NCBI GenBank assembly: GCA_035480035.1
Contig: DATIID010000001.1
Coordinates: 329,323 to 393,322, forward strand
Direction of reading: 5' to 3'
DNA from: Candidatus Saccharimonadales bacterium
GTDB taxonomy: Bacteria > Patescibacteriota > Saccharimonadia > Saccharimonadales > OMJO01
DNA: 64,000 bases
Of this stretch, positions 36,688-46,117 are shown piece after piece (the first letter of the stretch is position 1; each line of letters opens with the position of its first letter). A program made the position numbers and the translations under genes. The notes under the pieces were generated by a model, which did not search any database, had not been told where the DNA came from, and worked only from the letters and a program-made list of their open reading frames with translations.

Positions 36688-38500
36688 TCGAATTCCAAAG
36701 TTCATTTGGTTCAGTCTAATTGGTGGCGCAGTTTTTATCGTTGGTATGATATTACTGACAATTTTGGTCGAGTTACTTCATTGGTCGCCACTGGTTGCTA
36801 ATGCTGTACAGTTATTGGTTACCTTTTGGCTTAATTTTGTTTTTAATCGCAAGATTACCTGGCGCGAACGTCTGGTTGATCAGTTGGTGGCAACCCGCTT
36901 TTTTGTATCGCGAGCTGTTACCACCGTTATTAACTACTTGACGTTTGCTTGGCTACTTCAGTTGCACCCATCAATTGTTTTCGCTGGCCACCGCTACAAC
37001 TTTGCGATTCATTACTTAGTCGCAAACGCTATTGCACTGGTGTTTATAACTCTAATTAATTATGTCGTCAGCGATCGCTGGGTCTTTACCGAACCGGGGC
37101 AAAAACGTTTAAGCTTTGGTTTAATGGTGGTGGCTGGTTTTTTGGCAACAGCGGTATTTTATTTAGTTGCGATACCGACACTAACTTTATCAATTTTAAT
37201 TACTTTGGCCGGTTTAGCTTTATTTGTCCAAGCAAGTATAGAGGTTTGGCGAATCACGTACGCTTATCGACGACCGGAAACGGTCGATCAATTACGTTTT
37301 CCAGCTGCCAATCAAGCACAAGAGCGCTTTGGTTTAATTGTGCCGGCTCGTCATGAAGCTGGCGTCCTAGCTAGCACCCTTCAACAACTGGCTCGTCAGA
37401 CTCATCCAGCAGCCGATATCTTAGTTGTAATTTGTGACGATGACTACGACACACTAAGGGTGGCTTATGAAACTGCCGAAACCATACCCCGAATCCGAGT
37501 TTTGCAGTTTCCGCTTGAGCCATACACTAAACCAAGTAAACCACTACAACTTAATTACATATTTGATCAAATACCCAATGATTATTACAGCGTAATTGGA
37601 GTGATCGATGCTGAGGATACTGTACATCCAGAATTATTAATGCGGGTGGATGCAGCTTTCCAAGATTCAAGCATTGGGGTAGTTCAGGGGGGAGTTCAGC
37701 TCATGAATCACGATTCATCCTGGTATTCACTTCATAATGTACTGGAATATTACCGTTGGTTTAACAGCGTAATGCCTTTCCAGGCTGCCTATAATTTTAT
37801 GCCACTGGGCGGTAATACGGTCTTCATACGCGAGGCATTGGTACGCCAAGCTGGTGGCTGGCCAGTGACTTTAACCGAAGACTGCGCGTTAGGGGTTCAA
37901 TTAAGCGCCCGTTTCCAGGCTAAGACAGTGGTTTACTACGAACCCCAGCTAGCAACCCGTGAGGAAACTCCAGACAGTCTTAAAGGGCTGATTGCGCAAC
38001 GGGTTCGCTGGAATCAAGGTTTTTTGCACGAATGGCGCCGTGGTGTCTGGCGTGATTTGCCATCTGTCAAACAGCGCTTATTGGCCAACTATATTTTGTT
38101 TGGGCCAGTCCTGTTGGCCGGTCTGAGTATTTTTATGCTTGTTTCATTAATAGCAATGCTTAGTCTAACTGCGCCAGTGGGTTTGGTTTTATTGATGTAT
38201 TTGCCTCTTATTCCGACAACTCTCTTGGTGGTGGTCAATGCGGTTTTCCTGCACGACTTTGGTAAAGCCTATAATCGTAAAATTACACTTAGACAGTATG
38301 CTACGCTGTTTGCTACCCAAGTTTTATATCAAATAATGCTCAATGCCGCAGCTGTCTGGGCAGTTGAGCGTGAAATACGTGGCGATAGGTCTTGGTACAA
38401 AACTAAGCATGCCGGGCAACATCGATTGGAACCGATTATTGGCTCACCCGAAACGTTATATGCATCAGTTGATAGTTATAACCAAGATCTGACTGGATAA
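36680..38500 (+). CDS. Fusion of a GtrA-like N-terminal domain and a processive family-2 glycosyltransferase (cellulose/chitin-synthase-like)
   Basis: The N-terminus has four helices with the GtrA-like FVFNRKITWRE motif. The catalytic motifs are VIDAEDT, TEDCALG and QRVRWNQG (QxxRW). C-terminal TM helices follow. Confidence 0.7.
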   Translation: MIDRIPKFIWFSLIGGAVFIVGMILLTILVELLHWSPLVANAVQLLVTFWLNFVFNRKITWRERLVDQLVATRFFVSRAVTTVINYLTFAWLLQLHPSIVFAGHRYNFAIHYLVANAIALVFITLINYVVSDRWVFTEPGQKRLSFGLMVVAGFLATAVFYLVAIPTLTLSILITLAGLALFVQASIEVWRITYAYRRPETVDQLRFPAANQAQERFGLIVPARHEAGVLASTLQQLARQTHPAADILVVICDDDYDTLRVAYETAETIPRIRVLQFPLEPYTKPSKPLQLNYIFDQIPNDYYSVIGVIDAEDTVHPELLMRVDAAFQDSSIGVVQGGVQLMNHDSSWYSLHNVLEYYRWFNSVMPFQAAYNFMPLGGNTVFIREALVRQAGGWPVTLTEDCALGVQLSARFQAKTVVYYEPQLATREETPDSLKGLIAQRVRWNQGFLHEWRRGVWRDLPSVKQRLLANYILFGPVLLAGLSIFMLVSLIAMLSLTAPVGLVLLMYLPLIPTTLLVVVNAVFLHDFGKAYNRKITLRQYATLFATQVLYQIMLNAAAVWAVEREIRGDRSWYKTKHAGQHRLEPIIGSPETLYASVDSYNQDLTG

Positions 38501-38504
38501 AGTT

Positions 38505-40028
38505 ATGCAAGAACGTTTGTTGACATGGTTAAAGGCACATAGATTAGACGTTATTTTAGTCAGTCTGATAGTTTTAATCACTGGAATAATTAGTGCCGTT
38601 AATATGACCAATTATCCGCAGCGTTTTGATGATGAAGGTACCTATATTGCCCAAGCTTGGGCAATTGAGGAGCGTGGTACTTTGACTCATTACACTTACT
38701 GGTACGATCATCCGCCAGCTGGTTGGATTCAAATAGCCGGCTACGAAGCCATTACTAATGCTCAAAATCGCTACCATTCATCTATAACTGGCGGCCGTGA
38801 ATTTATGCTAATTGCCCATCTGGCAACCATTATCTTATTATTTTTGCTAGCGCGTCGATTGGGTCTTGGCAGCTTAGCCGCTACCCTAGGTACTTTAGCT
38901 TATGGACTAAGCCCTCTGGTGGTCGATTTCAGTCGGTATGTCTTGCTTGATAATGTTGGATTGCCCTGGTTAATTGGGGCTTTTGTACTAGCTTTGAGCC
39001 CACGACGACAAATTAGCGCCGCTATTGGGGCGGCTATTTGTATGGCTATTGCCGTGCTAAGCAAAGAAACTTTTATTATTTTGTTGCCAGTTTTAGTTTA
39101 TACAATGTGGACACATAATGATGCCCGTAACCGGCGTTATTTGTTAGCTGCTTTTGGGGTTGTGTTTTTTATGTTAACAGGCATGTATGTACTTTATGCG
39201 GCTTTGAAAAATGAATTTTTCCCGGGCCCTGGACATGTGTCACTGCTTGGCGCCTTTGCTTGGCAACTATCTGGTCGCCAAGGTAGTGGTAGTATATTTA
39301 ATCCAATTAGTGGTGCCCACAACTTACTCACATATTGGCTAAGTTTTGACCATTGGCTACTACTTTCCGGGCTAATTAGCCTGCCTTTGACTTTATTTTT
39401 CCGTAAACTAAGGCCGATCACACTAGCTTTAATATTCGGATTTTTAATGTTGCTGCGTACCGGTTACCTGCCCTATCCATACATCATAGCTGTATTGCCC
39501 TTTGCTGCACTGACTCTGGCTGGTTTGTTGCACTACGCCATAATTTTGCCCCTTCAAGCCTATCGGGGATCGGCATTTTATCGTCATTGGGCTAGAGTTG
39601 CTAGCTTAGGTATGGCTTTGGGGGCCTTAATTTTTGTCTCACCAGTCTGGTATGCCAAACTACATGCCGCAACAACGATTAATCAAGACACGTACAATCG
39701 TCAGGCTATTGAGTGGATCGACAAACATATTAACCACCACGGCAAACGTTTAGTTATTGAATCGCCTATGTGGACCGATCTTGAAAACAAAGGCTTTAAC
39801 AATCCGGATCCTATTTGGGTATATAAAACCGAAACTGACCCAGCCATAGTCAAACTGATTGGGAGCTGGAAAGGTGTTGATTACGTAATCCTTAACGGCC
39901 TTACAGTCAATGCCAGCGATTTTAATCAAGCTTTTCCAACTGTCAGCCAGGCTATAAAACATGCTAAAGTGGTCGCTCGATTTGGTGAAAATGCTCAAGA
40001 AATTTTAGTTTATCAGGTTAAGCATTAA
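38505..40028 (+). CDS. Lipid-carrier-dependent glycosyltransferase, GT39/PMT/ArnT-like
   Basis: It is polytopic, with the first-loop acidic motif RFDDEGTY that is typical of PMT/ArnT-type GT-C enzymes. Confidence 0.6.
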   Translation: MQERLLTWLKAHRLDVILVSLIVLITGIISAVNMTNYPQRFDDEGTYIAQAWAIEERGTLTHYTYWYDHPPAGWIQIAGYEAITNAQNRYHSSITGGREFMLIAHLATIILLFLLARRLGLGSLAATLGTLAYGLSPLVVDFSRYVLLDNVGLPWLIGAFVLALSPRRQISAAIGAAICMAIAVLSKETFIILLPVLVYTMWTHNDARNRRYLLAAFGVVFFMLTGMYVLYAALKNEFFPGPGHVSLLGAFAWQLSGRQGSGSIFNPISGAHNLLTYWLSFDHWLLLSGLISLPLTLFFRKLRPITLALIFGFLMLLRTGYLPYPYIIAVLPFAALTLAGLLHYAIILPLQAYRGSAFYRHWARVASLGMALGALIFVSPVWYAKLHAATTINQDTYNRQAIEWIDKHINHHGKRLVIESPMWTDLENKGFNNPDPIWVYKTETDPAIVKLIGSWKGVDYVILNGLTVNASDFNQAFPTVSQAIKHAKVVARFGENAQEILVYQVKH

Positions 40029-40031
40029 AAT

Positions 40032-40562
40032 CTAATCACCTGAGTCACAAGCGGTACCGTTGTGATTGCTGTCAAGGTGATATCGATCAGTACCAGTAAC
40101 TTTTATACCGCTAGCGAAATGCTCACGAACCCCGTTACAAGTCAGTACACCGTTAGCACCACCTGCGTGTGCTGGCAGACACTCCTGTCCTTGAACACCA
40201 TAGTCAACATAGCAGCCATTGGTACCAATTCCTTCGGCCTTAAGTTGAGCTTGGCTTGGGGCGGATTCCGGCTGAGTCGAATAATTATTAGCCATTGAAC
40301 GACTATTCGGTGCTGAAGCCGCTTCACTTAGACTGATTTGTTTCTGCGAAGCTGGATCACGACCACTGCGCGGTGAGCCATCACTGCTATCAACTTGGCT
40401 TTTAAGTCGGTCTTTATAGTTGACACCTGTTGCTATGACTGTGGGTTGTGTAGCTATTGATGGAGTTACAATCAGCATAGCACCGATTATTAGCAAAGCA
40501 CCGCAAATGGCAATTGGTTTTGACAAAGCTACTTTAACTGGTTCTAGAGAAAGAGCGATCAT
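40032..40562 (-). CDS. Small secreted Ser/Pro-rich protein with a C-terminal Excalibur-like Ca-binding motif
   Basis: It has a signal or anchor helix and a C-terminal DRYHLDSNHNGTACDSGD, which resembles the DxDxDGxxCE Excalibur motif. Confidence 0.45.
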   Translation of the reverse strand: MIALSLEPVKVALSKPIAICGALLIIGAMLIVTPSIATQPTVIATGVNYKDRLKSQVDSSDGSPRSGRDPASQKQISLSEAASAPNSRSMANNYSTQPESAPSQAQLKAEGIGTNGCYVDYGVQGQECLPAHAGGANGVLTCNGVREHFASGIKVTGTDRYHLDSNHNGTACDSGD

Positions 40563-40563
40563 G

Positions 40564-43140
40564 TCAATGAACCATTACCCAACTAGCAATCGATGGAATA
40601 TTATCAGAATCAGTAATTGTTAACATGTAGGGGCCTGGCGGTAGCAAGTTAGGATTCGCCGGCATAGTCACAGTAACCACACCATTCTGAACAGTAAACG
40701 GCAAGTCAACCAAACGCATATTAGAGTCCATTTGGTGAGTTACGGACATCGGTCGTGTTAATTGTGCCCATTTTACTGTCTTGTTTGGATCGCTGTAATT
40801 AAATGACAGTTGTTGATTATAGGTTGCTTGAGCCGGCACATTCGTATCACTTGGTCGAGCGGTTCGGAATAAATAACTTGGCGTATATATAGAAATGCGC
40901 AGCTCAAAGCTACCGTCACCAGGATTTGAACCAAATACTGCTACCCGACCATCAGGCAGTAGCAAGGAAGTACTGTGATAGTTGCGGCCAATTGGATCGG
41001 CTGGAATTGACCTCATAGTGTTAGCTGCTGGATCATAAAGCGCGGCTGTTAGAACATTGGTAGAATTATCGCGGTTAAGTTTGCTGCCATTTGAGATTAA
41101 GACTGTGCGATCCGGTAAAATCGTGGTGTTAACATACATTTTGCCGTCACCTGGCAGGTCTGGACCCGGTTGATATGCTGGGTTAGCTTGTTTTAGATCA
41201 ATAATGTCAGTCAGATTAATAGCAGGGTTAGTAGTTGTTACATTACCACCACCAGTTATCAAGACTTTTTGGTTTTGAGCTGGAGGCAACAGCACAGAGC
41301 CGGACTGATCACGCATATCTTTTTGGCGTAGACCTAACACATCGGTGATTGAACCAGTACTTGGATTGTAAAGACTAGCGCCCGATCCAGGTAAGCCATT
41401 ACCAAAGACATGTCCGCCAGAGTAGAACAAACGGCCATCTTGCAAGAGGATCATGCTCGGATAAAGACCCCAGAACTTCCATGTTTGCGGTATTGGAACT
41501 TGAGCCGTCGGCAACCACTGATTAGTTGTTGAACTAAAGTACTCAGTATTAACCGCACCACTGGTATCTTCTTTTAGGCCGCCAGCCATCCAAACATCGC
41601 CATTACCTAATTCAGTGAGAGTTGGGTACCAGTGGCCTTCATTAGCAAGATTGATTGGGGTAAAAGTATTGGTATCTGGGTCAAAAATCCAGGAATCTTT
41701 TAAGCCACCATAGTCCCCACCACCCGGTTTGCTAGGATAAGACTTAGTGCCGCCTTGAATCAACACACGACCGTCTGGCAGTGTGACATGGCCAGAGCAA
41801 AACATATCTTTTGGTACATTCAAAGTGTTAAAGGTACCACTAACCGGATCCCAAACACTGGCCTTAAAACTGCCGCTTTGGAAGTTTGATAAGTCATTAC
41901 CCGAACCGGCGACCAGTAGAACTTTACCGTTTTTTAATAGTGTGGCGTGCATCGCTCGGATCGGCATCTGATAATTCAATACTGTCCATTGACCGTCAGT
42001 CGAGGGATCGCCGTTGGGTGGAGGAGGCGTGACATCACCAAATTTACTTGTTGAATAGTCATCAGTAACTAAAGTGCCGTTACCAGCAATTGAAACCCCC
42101 CAAGCAATTGCATCTATACCAGCTGGTATGGTTGGTGTTTTGACTTGAGCCTGAGTCCAGCCAGCAGCTGCTGGCAAGGTTTGAACATCGGTCCAATATC
42201 CCCAACCAGACGATGTGTGAGCAAAGATAGTTACACTGTTAGCGTTAGTCGTTGATTCATACCAGACCGATAGATTGTAAACCGTACCGGGTTGTACGGC
42301 CGGCGACGCCGCTTGAGTGGGAATTAATTTATAGTCGCCTTGCGTTCGGCCGCTTAAGGTTAAACTATAAGCTTGATTGCCACCATGTGCCGCATTGGTT
42401 ATGATGCCGTTGACAGTCGCATCACCCCAGCCAGCCAACATCCAACCAGTTGGCGGATTGCTGCCGTTTTCTAAACCACCATTAGTAGTTAACTCAGAAG
42501 GTGGTGGTGTGGTGGTGCCGGTTTGTGAAAAGCTATAATCATCAGTTATTAGTGTGCCATTACCAGATAGTGAGATACCAAAAGCGATTTGGTCAGTTCC
42601 AGACGGCACAACCGGTGTAGTGCCCTGGCCCTGTGACCAAACGGCAACAGCCGGCAGAGTGGTTAGATCTGTCCAATAAGTCCAGCCTGCTCCCGAGTGA
42701 CGAAACACCGTTAGTGAATTTTGAGCCGCAGTTGATTTGTACCAAGCCGAAAGTTTATAAGTATTGCCAGGTGTGACGGTCGGAGCACAAGTAGTATTTT
42801 CGGCCATCATCAACTTGCGGTCACCACTCGAGTAATTGTTAATAGTTACTGATTGGGCTTTGGTGCCAGAATGTGCATCGTTAGTGATTGCCCAAGTTAC
42901 GTTATGCTGACCCCAACCAGCTTGATTAAAACAATTTGGCACATTATTGGTAACTTGTTCAAGATCGGGATTAACTAAATTTGTTGGTGCAGCAAAAGCA
43001 ATATTTACCTTAGCAAACGGCAATATAACACCACTTATGATTAAGATTGCAGCCAAGCTGTTAACAATCTTATTAGCTAAACCTTTAAGAGGTGTCCAAA
43101 AACGTTGATTTAGTGAATTGTTGAATTGACTTATTATCAA
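40564..43140 (-). CDS. Secreted copper-radical oxidase (galactose/glyoxal oxidase, GlxA-like) with two N-terminal CBM-like repeats
   Basis: The active-site contexts are conserved: DMFCSGH (Cys448), GHWYPT, RNYHSTSLLLPDGRV and VTHQMDSN. There are two ~150-aa internal repeats (aa ~52-206 and ~214-366), each ending in a T/P-rich linker. Confidence 0.75.
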   Translation of the reverse strand: MIISQFNNSLNQRFWTPLKGLANKIVNSLAAILIISGVILPFAKVNIAFAAPTNLVNPDLEQVTNNVPNCFNQAGWGQHNVTWAITNDAHSGTKAQSVTINNYSSGDRKLMMAENTTCAPTVTPGNTYKLSAWYKSTAAQNSLTVFRHSGAGWTYWTDLTTLPAVAVWSQGQGTTPVVPSGTDQIAFGISLSGNGTLITDDYSFSQTGTTTPPPSELTTNGGLENGSNPPTGWMLAGWGDATVNGIITNAAHGGNQAYSLTLSGRTQGDYKLIPTQAASPAVQPGTVYNLSVWYESTTNANSVTIFAHTSSGWGYWTDVQTLPAAAGWTQAQVKTPTIPAGIDAIAWGVSIAGNGTLVTDDYSTSKFGDVTPPPPNGDPSTDGQWTVLNYQMPIRAMHATLLKNGKVLLVAGSGNDLSNFQSGSFKASVWDPVSGTFNTLNVPKDMFCSGHVTLPDGRVLIQGGTKSYPSKPGGGDYGGLKDSWIFDPDTNTFTPINLANEGHWYPTLTELGNGDVWMAGGLKEDTSGAVNTEYFSSTTNQWLPTAQVPIPQTWKFWGLYPSMILLQDGRLFYSGGHVFGNGLPGSGASLYNPSTGSITDVLGLRQKDMRDQSGSVLLPPAQNQKVLITGGGNVTTTNPAINLTDIIDLKQANPAYQPGPDLPGDGKMYVNTTILPDRTVLISNGSKLNRDNSTNVLTAALYDPAANTMRSIPADPIGRNYHSTSLLLPDGRVAVFGSNPGDGSFELRISIYTPSYLFRTARPSDTNVPAQATYNQQLSFNYSDPNKTVKWAQLTRPMSVTHQMDSNMRLVDLPFTVQNGVVTVTMPANPNLLPPGPYMLTITDSDNIPSIASWVMVH

Positions 43141-43368
43141 TATTGTATCCTTATATGTCTAGCAAGACGGCTTAATTTGTTAAATCCAACAGCATCAAAT
43201 AATGCTGTCTTGGTTGCTTCCCTTTAATTGATTAAGTCCCTCAGTCGGCCGTTTTATGGCTTAATGAAGCAGGCATTTACTATGTGCTAAACTTGCTTGC
43301 TAATCTGTTAAAAATATTACACTTAACTTGAACGAAGGTATTTATTATGTTAGAAGCTGTCCTGTACT

Positions 43369-43926
43369 ATGTTGTGGAGTCACGTTATAGTGAAGGGCAA
43401 GTTCAAAATTTATATGTTATCGACCTACACCAACTTTTTAGCCACCAGTGCTGGAGCATCCTCCGGTTTTATTGGTCTGTTTTTTGTAGCCTTATCTTTT
43501 GCCCGTGAAGAACTATCCAACGGTTTAGTACGTGAAAGACGAATAATTTTATCAGGTGGCTCTTTTTTGGCGCTGTTTAATATTTTTATAGTTTCGTTGT
43601 TTAGTTTAACCGGGCAGACAAAATTATTTTCTATGGCTTGTGTCATTATGTCATTTGTAGCACTGTCGATTACGTATGCATTGCTGTCTCGGGCAATTCG
43701 AGCCGGCGCCTTCTCGCCTTCAAGCGTTACGCGTAAGCAGTCACGAACTTTTGCAACCGTTGCGATATCCTTATATTCGGCTCAGCTAGTTTGTGGCATA
43801 TCACTGTGGCGAAACCTGCATGCTTCATGGCCAATCGAGTTTATGGTTTTTGTTATTGTTGGACTTTTTACCAGCGCTCTCATGAGAATCTGGATGGTTA
43901 TGTGGATACCGCCCGAAAAACATTAA
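43369..43926 (+). CDS. Hypothetical membrane protein
   Basis: It has five hydrophobic helices. The start is uncertain; an alternative Met is at 43414. Confidence 0.4.
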   Translation: MLWSHVIVKGKFKIYMLSTYTNFLATSAGASSGFIGLFFVALSFAREELSNGLVRERRIILSGGSFLALFNIFIVSLFSLTGQTKLFSMACVIMSFVALSITYALLSRAIRAGAFSPSSVTRKQSRTFATVAISLYSAQLVCGISLWRNLHASWPIEFMVFVIVGLFTSALMRIWMVMWIPPEKH

Positions 43927-43957
43927 ATTATGCTTAGAATTATAATATAATAAACAT

Positions 43958-44203
43958 ATGGTCAAACTTGAAGCAGAGATACCAAATGAAGCCGCCGCTG
44001 AAGTGTTTGCTTTAGTGTCAGCTGGCGCGCATTCTGGTGAAATTGATTGGCATAACGCCTCAGAGAATGTTCATTCTAGAGTGTTTGATGCGGTGCTTGG
44101 GGTTAGCGGCAGTATTCTTCAGTCGCCTGATGCCGCCAAAATTATGAATTCAAAGCCTTTTCCAGAACCACCAACTGAGTTACTGGCCCATCGCAACGAC
44201 TAA
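43958..44203 (+). CDS. Hypothetical small protein (81 aa), upstream partner of the nucleotidyltransferase
   Basis: It is an ORF ending 5 nt before the next gene, with no recognisable motif. Confidence 0.35.
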   Translation: MVKLEAEIPNEAAAEVFALVSAGAHSGEIDWHNASENVHSRVFDAVLGVSGSILQSPDAAKIMNSKPFPEPPTELLAHRND

Positions 44204-44208
44204 CTGTT

Positions 44209-44820
44209 ATGAATCCTCCTGAAAAAGAGACTGGATTTGAAGATCTGCGTAAAACCATTGTAGACCTGCATAAACTACTCGAAAGTCATGAATTGCCTCA
44301 CGCTTTTGGCGGAGCGATTGCCTTAGCTTTTTATACCGAACCACGGGCCACAGCCGATATTGACATAAACGTTTTTCGACCAAAAGCTCAAGGTCCAGAA
44401 GTTTTACATATATTGAACAGTCAGATGTCGGCCGAGGAAGCCAAAATCCATGAAGAACATATCGAAAAATTTTATGGTGCGTCCGTTCCATATAAAGGTG
44501 CCGAGGTAGATTTGTTTTTCTCATTCACCGAGCTTCATGATCAAGCTGCCGAACGCATCCGAAATGTAGAATATAGAGATGTTAGTATTCCTATCATTTC
44601 ACCCGAGGACTTAATCATATTTAAAGTTATGTATAGCAGTAATCCTGATAGATTAGACCGTGACTGGCCCGATATCGCCGGTATGTTAATAAACCAATCG
44701 GGTAATCTAGACAGTGAATACATCCAGACTTGGCTGCATACTCTTTTACCAGATGACGATCCCAGGTTTAATCGACTCAGAAACCTGGGTTTACCAGAAC
44801 GCGGCGCAACAAATACCTAG
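44209..44820 (+). CDS. Nucleotidyltransferase-fold protein (AbiEii/MNT-like)
   Basis: The NTase signature FGGAIALAFYTEPRATADIDINV fits hG[GS]...D-x-D. Confidence 0.5.
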   Translation: MNPPEKETGFEDLRKTIVDLHKLLESHELPHAFGGAIALAFYTEPRATADIDINVFRPKAQGPEVLHILNSQMSAEEAKIHEEHIEKFYGASVPYKGAEVDLFFSFTELHDQAAERIRNVEYRDVSIPIISPEDLIIFKVMYSSNPDRLDRDWPDIAGMLINQSGNLDSEYIQTWLHTLLPDDDPRFNRLRNLGLPERGATNT

Positions 44821-44879
44821 ATTAATTAAAACAGCACCGCCTGAAGTGACGATGCTGCTTACCAGCCGAAATAACCGAC

Positions 44880-45473
44880 TTATTCTCCGATAGTACCCGT
44901 CTTAACTTTCCCAGCTCGCTTGTAATTGGCAAAAATTACTCCCTTTGGTGTAACTGAACTCTCTACTAACTTAAATGCTGCCGGGATCGGGCCTTCCTCA
45001 AACAACTTTTTCCCTTGACCGAGCGTCAACGGATGAGTGATGAGCCACATTTCGTCCACTAAATCATTTTTAAGTAGTAGCTGTATGAGCTTACCGCTAC
45101 CCCAAACTTGAATATCAGAACCTTTTGAATTTTTGAGCTTTTTGATATCTGCCAGGCTCTTGAGAAACACTGAGTTTTTCCAATCTGACTTTTTCAAGGT
45201 CTTACTTACGGCGTATTTTGTGACATCATTGATACCTGGCCAAAACTCTGAATGTTCAGGCCAGTAGCCAGCAAAAATCTCAAATGTTTTTCTGCCCAAA
45301 AGAAGATCTGCAGGTTTCATCAGTTTTCCCATGGCCTTACCAGACGTTTCGTCAAGATAAGGTGCCTGCCAACCACCATATTTAAATCCATCGGATGGAT
45401 CTTCCTCGGGCCCACCAGGCGCTTGCATAACCCCATCTAATGTAATAAATGATAAAACAGTTATTTTTCTCAT
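44880..45473 (-). CDS. Dihydrofolate-reductase-like protein (RibD C-terminal domain family)
   Basis: The sequence (MRKITVLSFITLDGVMQAPGGPEED ... LLGRKTFEIF ... VDEMWLITHPLTLGQGKKLF) fits the family. The start is set at MRKITV. Confidence 0.7.
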   Translation of the reverse strand: MRKITVLSFITLDGVMQAPGGPEEDPSDGFKYGGWQAPYLDETSGKAMGKLMKPADLLLGRKTFEIFAGYWPEHSEFWPGINDVTKYAVSKTLKKSDWKNSVFLKSLADIKKLKNSKGSDIQVWGSGKLIQLLLKNDLVDEMWLITHPLTLGQGKKLFEEGPIPAAFKLVESSVTPKGVIFANYKRAGKVKTGTIGE

Positions 45474-45605
45474 ATTTCTATAATAACAAAACACCCGTGG
45501 AACAGTGTGTTAAAAATCATACATTGGTGCATTATTCTAATGGAATTATAACAACGAAAGTCATGCGGTGCTATAATTATGCCAATATGTCGAGGATGTT
45601 ATGTC

Positions 45606-46100
45606 ATGGAAGATCTGCTAAAGAAAATATCGCAATACCAGCTGTTTAACTTCCTGTTATCAGGTGCGCTGCTTGCTGTTTTGCTGAAACAAACCACTTC
45701 TATCAACTTGATCTATGAAAATACTATCGCCGAGTTTTTCGCATTTTATTTTATTGGGCTTGTCATTAGTCGAGTTGGGTCGTTGATAGTCGAACCTTGG
45801 TTAAAAAAACTAAAAATAGTAACTTTTACACCTTATTCCGAATATCTTGTTGCAGCAAAATCAGATAAAAGAATAGACATTCTATCTCAAGAAAACAACA
45901 CGTATCGTACACTAATCGCCACATTCTTAGTTTTTGCAGCGATATATATTGTTACTAAATATGCAGGCAGCTTTATCCGACAACATCACACATTGATTGT
46001 CTACATATTTATGGGCACAATGCTTGTGCTCTTTACACTAGCCTACCATAAGCAAACTAACTATATTGCTAAACGTATTAAAAATACCCAGACTAAGTAG
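45606..46100 (+). CDS. Hypothetical membrane protein
   Basis: It has four hydrophobic helices. The start is set at MEDLLKK; the track ORF begins at 45579. Confidence 0.4.
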   Translation: MEDLLKKISQYQLFNFLLSGALLAVLLKQTTSINLIYENTIAEFFAFYFIGLVISRVGSLIVEPWLKKLKIVTFTPYSEYLVAAKSDKRIDILSQENNTYRTLIATFLVFAAIYIVTKYAGSFIRQHHTLIVYIFMGTMLVLFTLAYHKQTNYIAKRIKNTQTK

Positions 46101-46117
46101 TCGTTTAGGTACTCAAT

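Noticed and set aside
44207-44524. Track ORF (-) of 105 aa, plus 44541..44723 (-)
   Set aside because: They are antisense within the better-supported nucleotidyltransferase ORF.
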